From NCBI GenBank assembly GCA_964007735.1, contig CAXGAI010000035.1, forward strand, positions 1 to 47,880: DNA of 47,880 nt, written 5' to 3'. Shown here in pieces: positions 46,625 through 47,880 of this stretch. A program made the position numbers and the translations under genes. Position 1 is the first letter of the stretch. The number at the start of each line of letters is the position of its first letter. Under the pieces are notes generated by a model that was not told where the DNA came from, made no database searches, and saw only the letters and a list, made by a program, of their open reading frames with translations. The stretch is from an uncultured Rhodopirellula sp. Lineage in GTDB: Bacteria > Planctomycetota > Planctomycetia > Pirellulales > Pirellulaceae.

Positions 46625-47880
46625 CTACTTCGAAATCACGAAGTCCGCTTCCATAGCTTTCGTGATCGCATTCTCGATTTCTTCGAGATGAGCCCCGCTG
46701 TAAGGATCCAGATTGTCAGCATTCGCTGCTCGGTAAGCCGCAACGCGTTGTGCCAAAGTTCGCAATTGAACTCGTGTCAGATTAGAAATCGGCTTAAAAG
46801 ACTGGTTGCCTCCACTATTGGTCATCGCGAGATCAATGAGTCGATTTACATGTTCACGCTGCAGGTTACGTCGCAAGCTGGAAATCGCCGGCTGCCGAAC
46901 GTTGGTAGCTGCCTCAAGCGGCACATCAAGTTCATTCCAGATTGCCGCCAGCACCGTTTCCAGAACCTCTGGCAGTGCCAGGGCATCCTGATCTGCCGGA
47001 ACACGAAACTCATTGTCGTAAACCCGCCGCAAAGTCGTTGGGTTCATCACGCTGGTTAGTGTGCTTGCCTGGACCGCTCCAACTCGATCATGAATCGGCC
47101 AGTCGTAATCACGCATTGCCGAGCTAACTGAGTTAAGAGATTTGCTCGTTGTCATTCGTTCCAGCAACTCGGGAGTCAACGCATAGATTTGGTCGTCAAA
47201 GGCGGTTTCGACAACAAACTTTAATGCCGCTCGTTGCTGTTCAACCGGTACAACCTGCAAGGGCGCACGATTACCTTTATCGCCCTTCTTATCACGTAAA
47301 ACATGCACACCTCCAATCCAGTTGGCCATCATGCTAATAGCACGAGCCTGCATACTGAGTGTGATTTCATAACCGCGACGGGCTTTCGCCCAGCTATCTC
47401 CATTTTTCACAAACTTGTCAAGAAGCTGACTCCGATATAACGTAGCTAGTTGAATCTGTTCGTTAGCAAAATTCAAAGGATCTTTACCATAATCATAACG
47501 TCGAGCCAAAGGATCGGGGCCTGATGTATCTTCATCCGTAGCAAACTGCAACTTTGGATCAGTCACACGAGCAAGGATTGGTTTAAGATCTGATACAAAC
47601 GAGTAACCATACTCAATCGCCCAGTAATCATAAGGCCCTATTCCCAGCATGGCGTAATCACCTTGAGCATCACCCGCATCAAAACGGATATTCGTGGGAG
47701 TGTAATCCATGACCGAACCAACAATCGGCTTGCCTTTATTAGCAGCTGTATTAATCTCGTCCAACGTGTAAGCCGCTGAAGCTTTGAAATTGTGACGCAA
47801 CCCTAAAGTATGTCCAACTTCATGAGCAACTAAGTGATAAAGTTGGGGACCAATAAACGATTCAGGCATGCCATCGAGAA
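46625..47880 (-). CDS. Zinc-dependent metzincin metalloprotease (DUF4953/EcxA-like), 5' partial
   Basis: HEVGHTLGLRHNF, Met-turn SVMDY, GPYDYWAIEYGY, RRNLQRE. The frame stays open to the window end. Confidence 0.9.
   Translation of the reverse strand, partial: LDGMPESFIGPQLYHLVAHEVGHTLGLRHNFKASAAYTLDEINTAANKGKPIVGSVMDYTPTNIRFDAGDAQGDYAMLGIGPYDYWAIEYGYSFVSDLKPILARVTDPKLQFATDEDTSGPDPLARRYDYGKDPLNFANEQIQLATLYRSQLLDKFVKNGDSWAKARRGYEITLSMQARAISMMANWIGGVHVLRDKKGDKGNRAPLQVVPVEQQRAALKFVVETAFDDQIYALTPELLERMTTSKSLNSVSSAMRDYDWPIHDRVGAVQASTLTSVMNPTTLRRVYDNEFRVPADQDALALPEVLETVLAAIWNELDVPLEAATNVRQPAISSLRRNLQREHVNRLIDLAMTNSGGNQSFKPISNLTRVQLRTLAQRVAAYRAANADNLDPYSGAHLEEIENAITKAMEADFVISK

Noticed and set aside
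234..47337. Numerous 60-260 aa antisense or alternate-frame ORFs (e.g. 34724-35503, 28683-29252, 23311-23865, 25057-25608)
   Set aside because: All lie within well-supported genes and show no recognisable motifs, so they are treated as shadow ORFs.

Overview
Gene-dense bacterial chromosomal segment, almost certainly from a Planctomycetota genome. The evidence is three DUF1549/DUF1553 haem-c proteins, four DUF1501 proteins, two PQQ-like beta-propellers, a long lipoprotein TolC, a sulfatase and a DUF1080 fusion. It holds about 36 CDS, two of them cut by the window edges. I see no rRNA, tRNA, CRISPR array or mobile element. Main blocks: three DUF1553+DUF1501 pairs plus an orphan DUF1501; a minus-strand run of secreted/envelope proteins; an orphan anti-sigma-like protein; an orphan MalK-type ATPase; a xanthine-dehydrogenase-family Mo-hydroxylase operon (FAD, 2Fe-2S and Mo subunits) followed by a MoaD/ThiS sulfur carrier and a fold-type III PLP enzyme; and a stand-alone FliA/WhiG sigma factor. 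Most notable observations: (1) two hypothetical ORFs (8336-10351) form one 671-codon frame broken by a single TGA that is followed by a SECIS-like hairpin, in a window where TGA is otherwise almost never the stop codon, making this a candidate novel selenoprotein/readthrough gene or a nonsense pseudogene; (2) a roughly 210-nt highly structured leader upstream of fliA ends in a consensus CsrA/RsmA hairpin over the Shine-Dalgarno; (3) the Mo-hydroxylase/MoaD/PLP-enzyme operon has unknown substrate. All family calls come from motif recognition by eye; no searches or folding programs were run.
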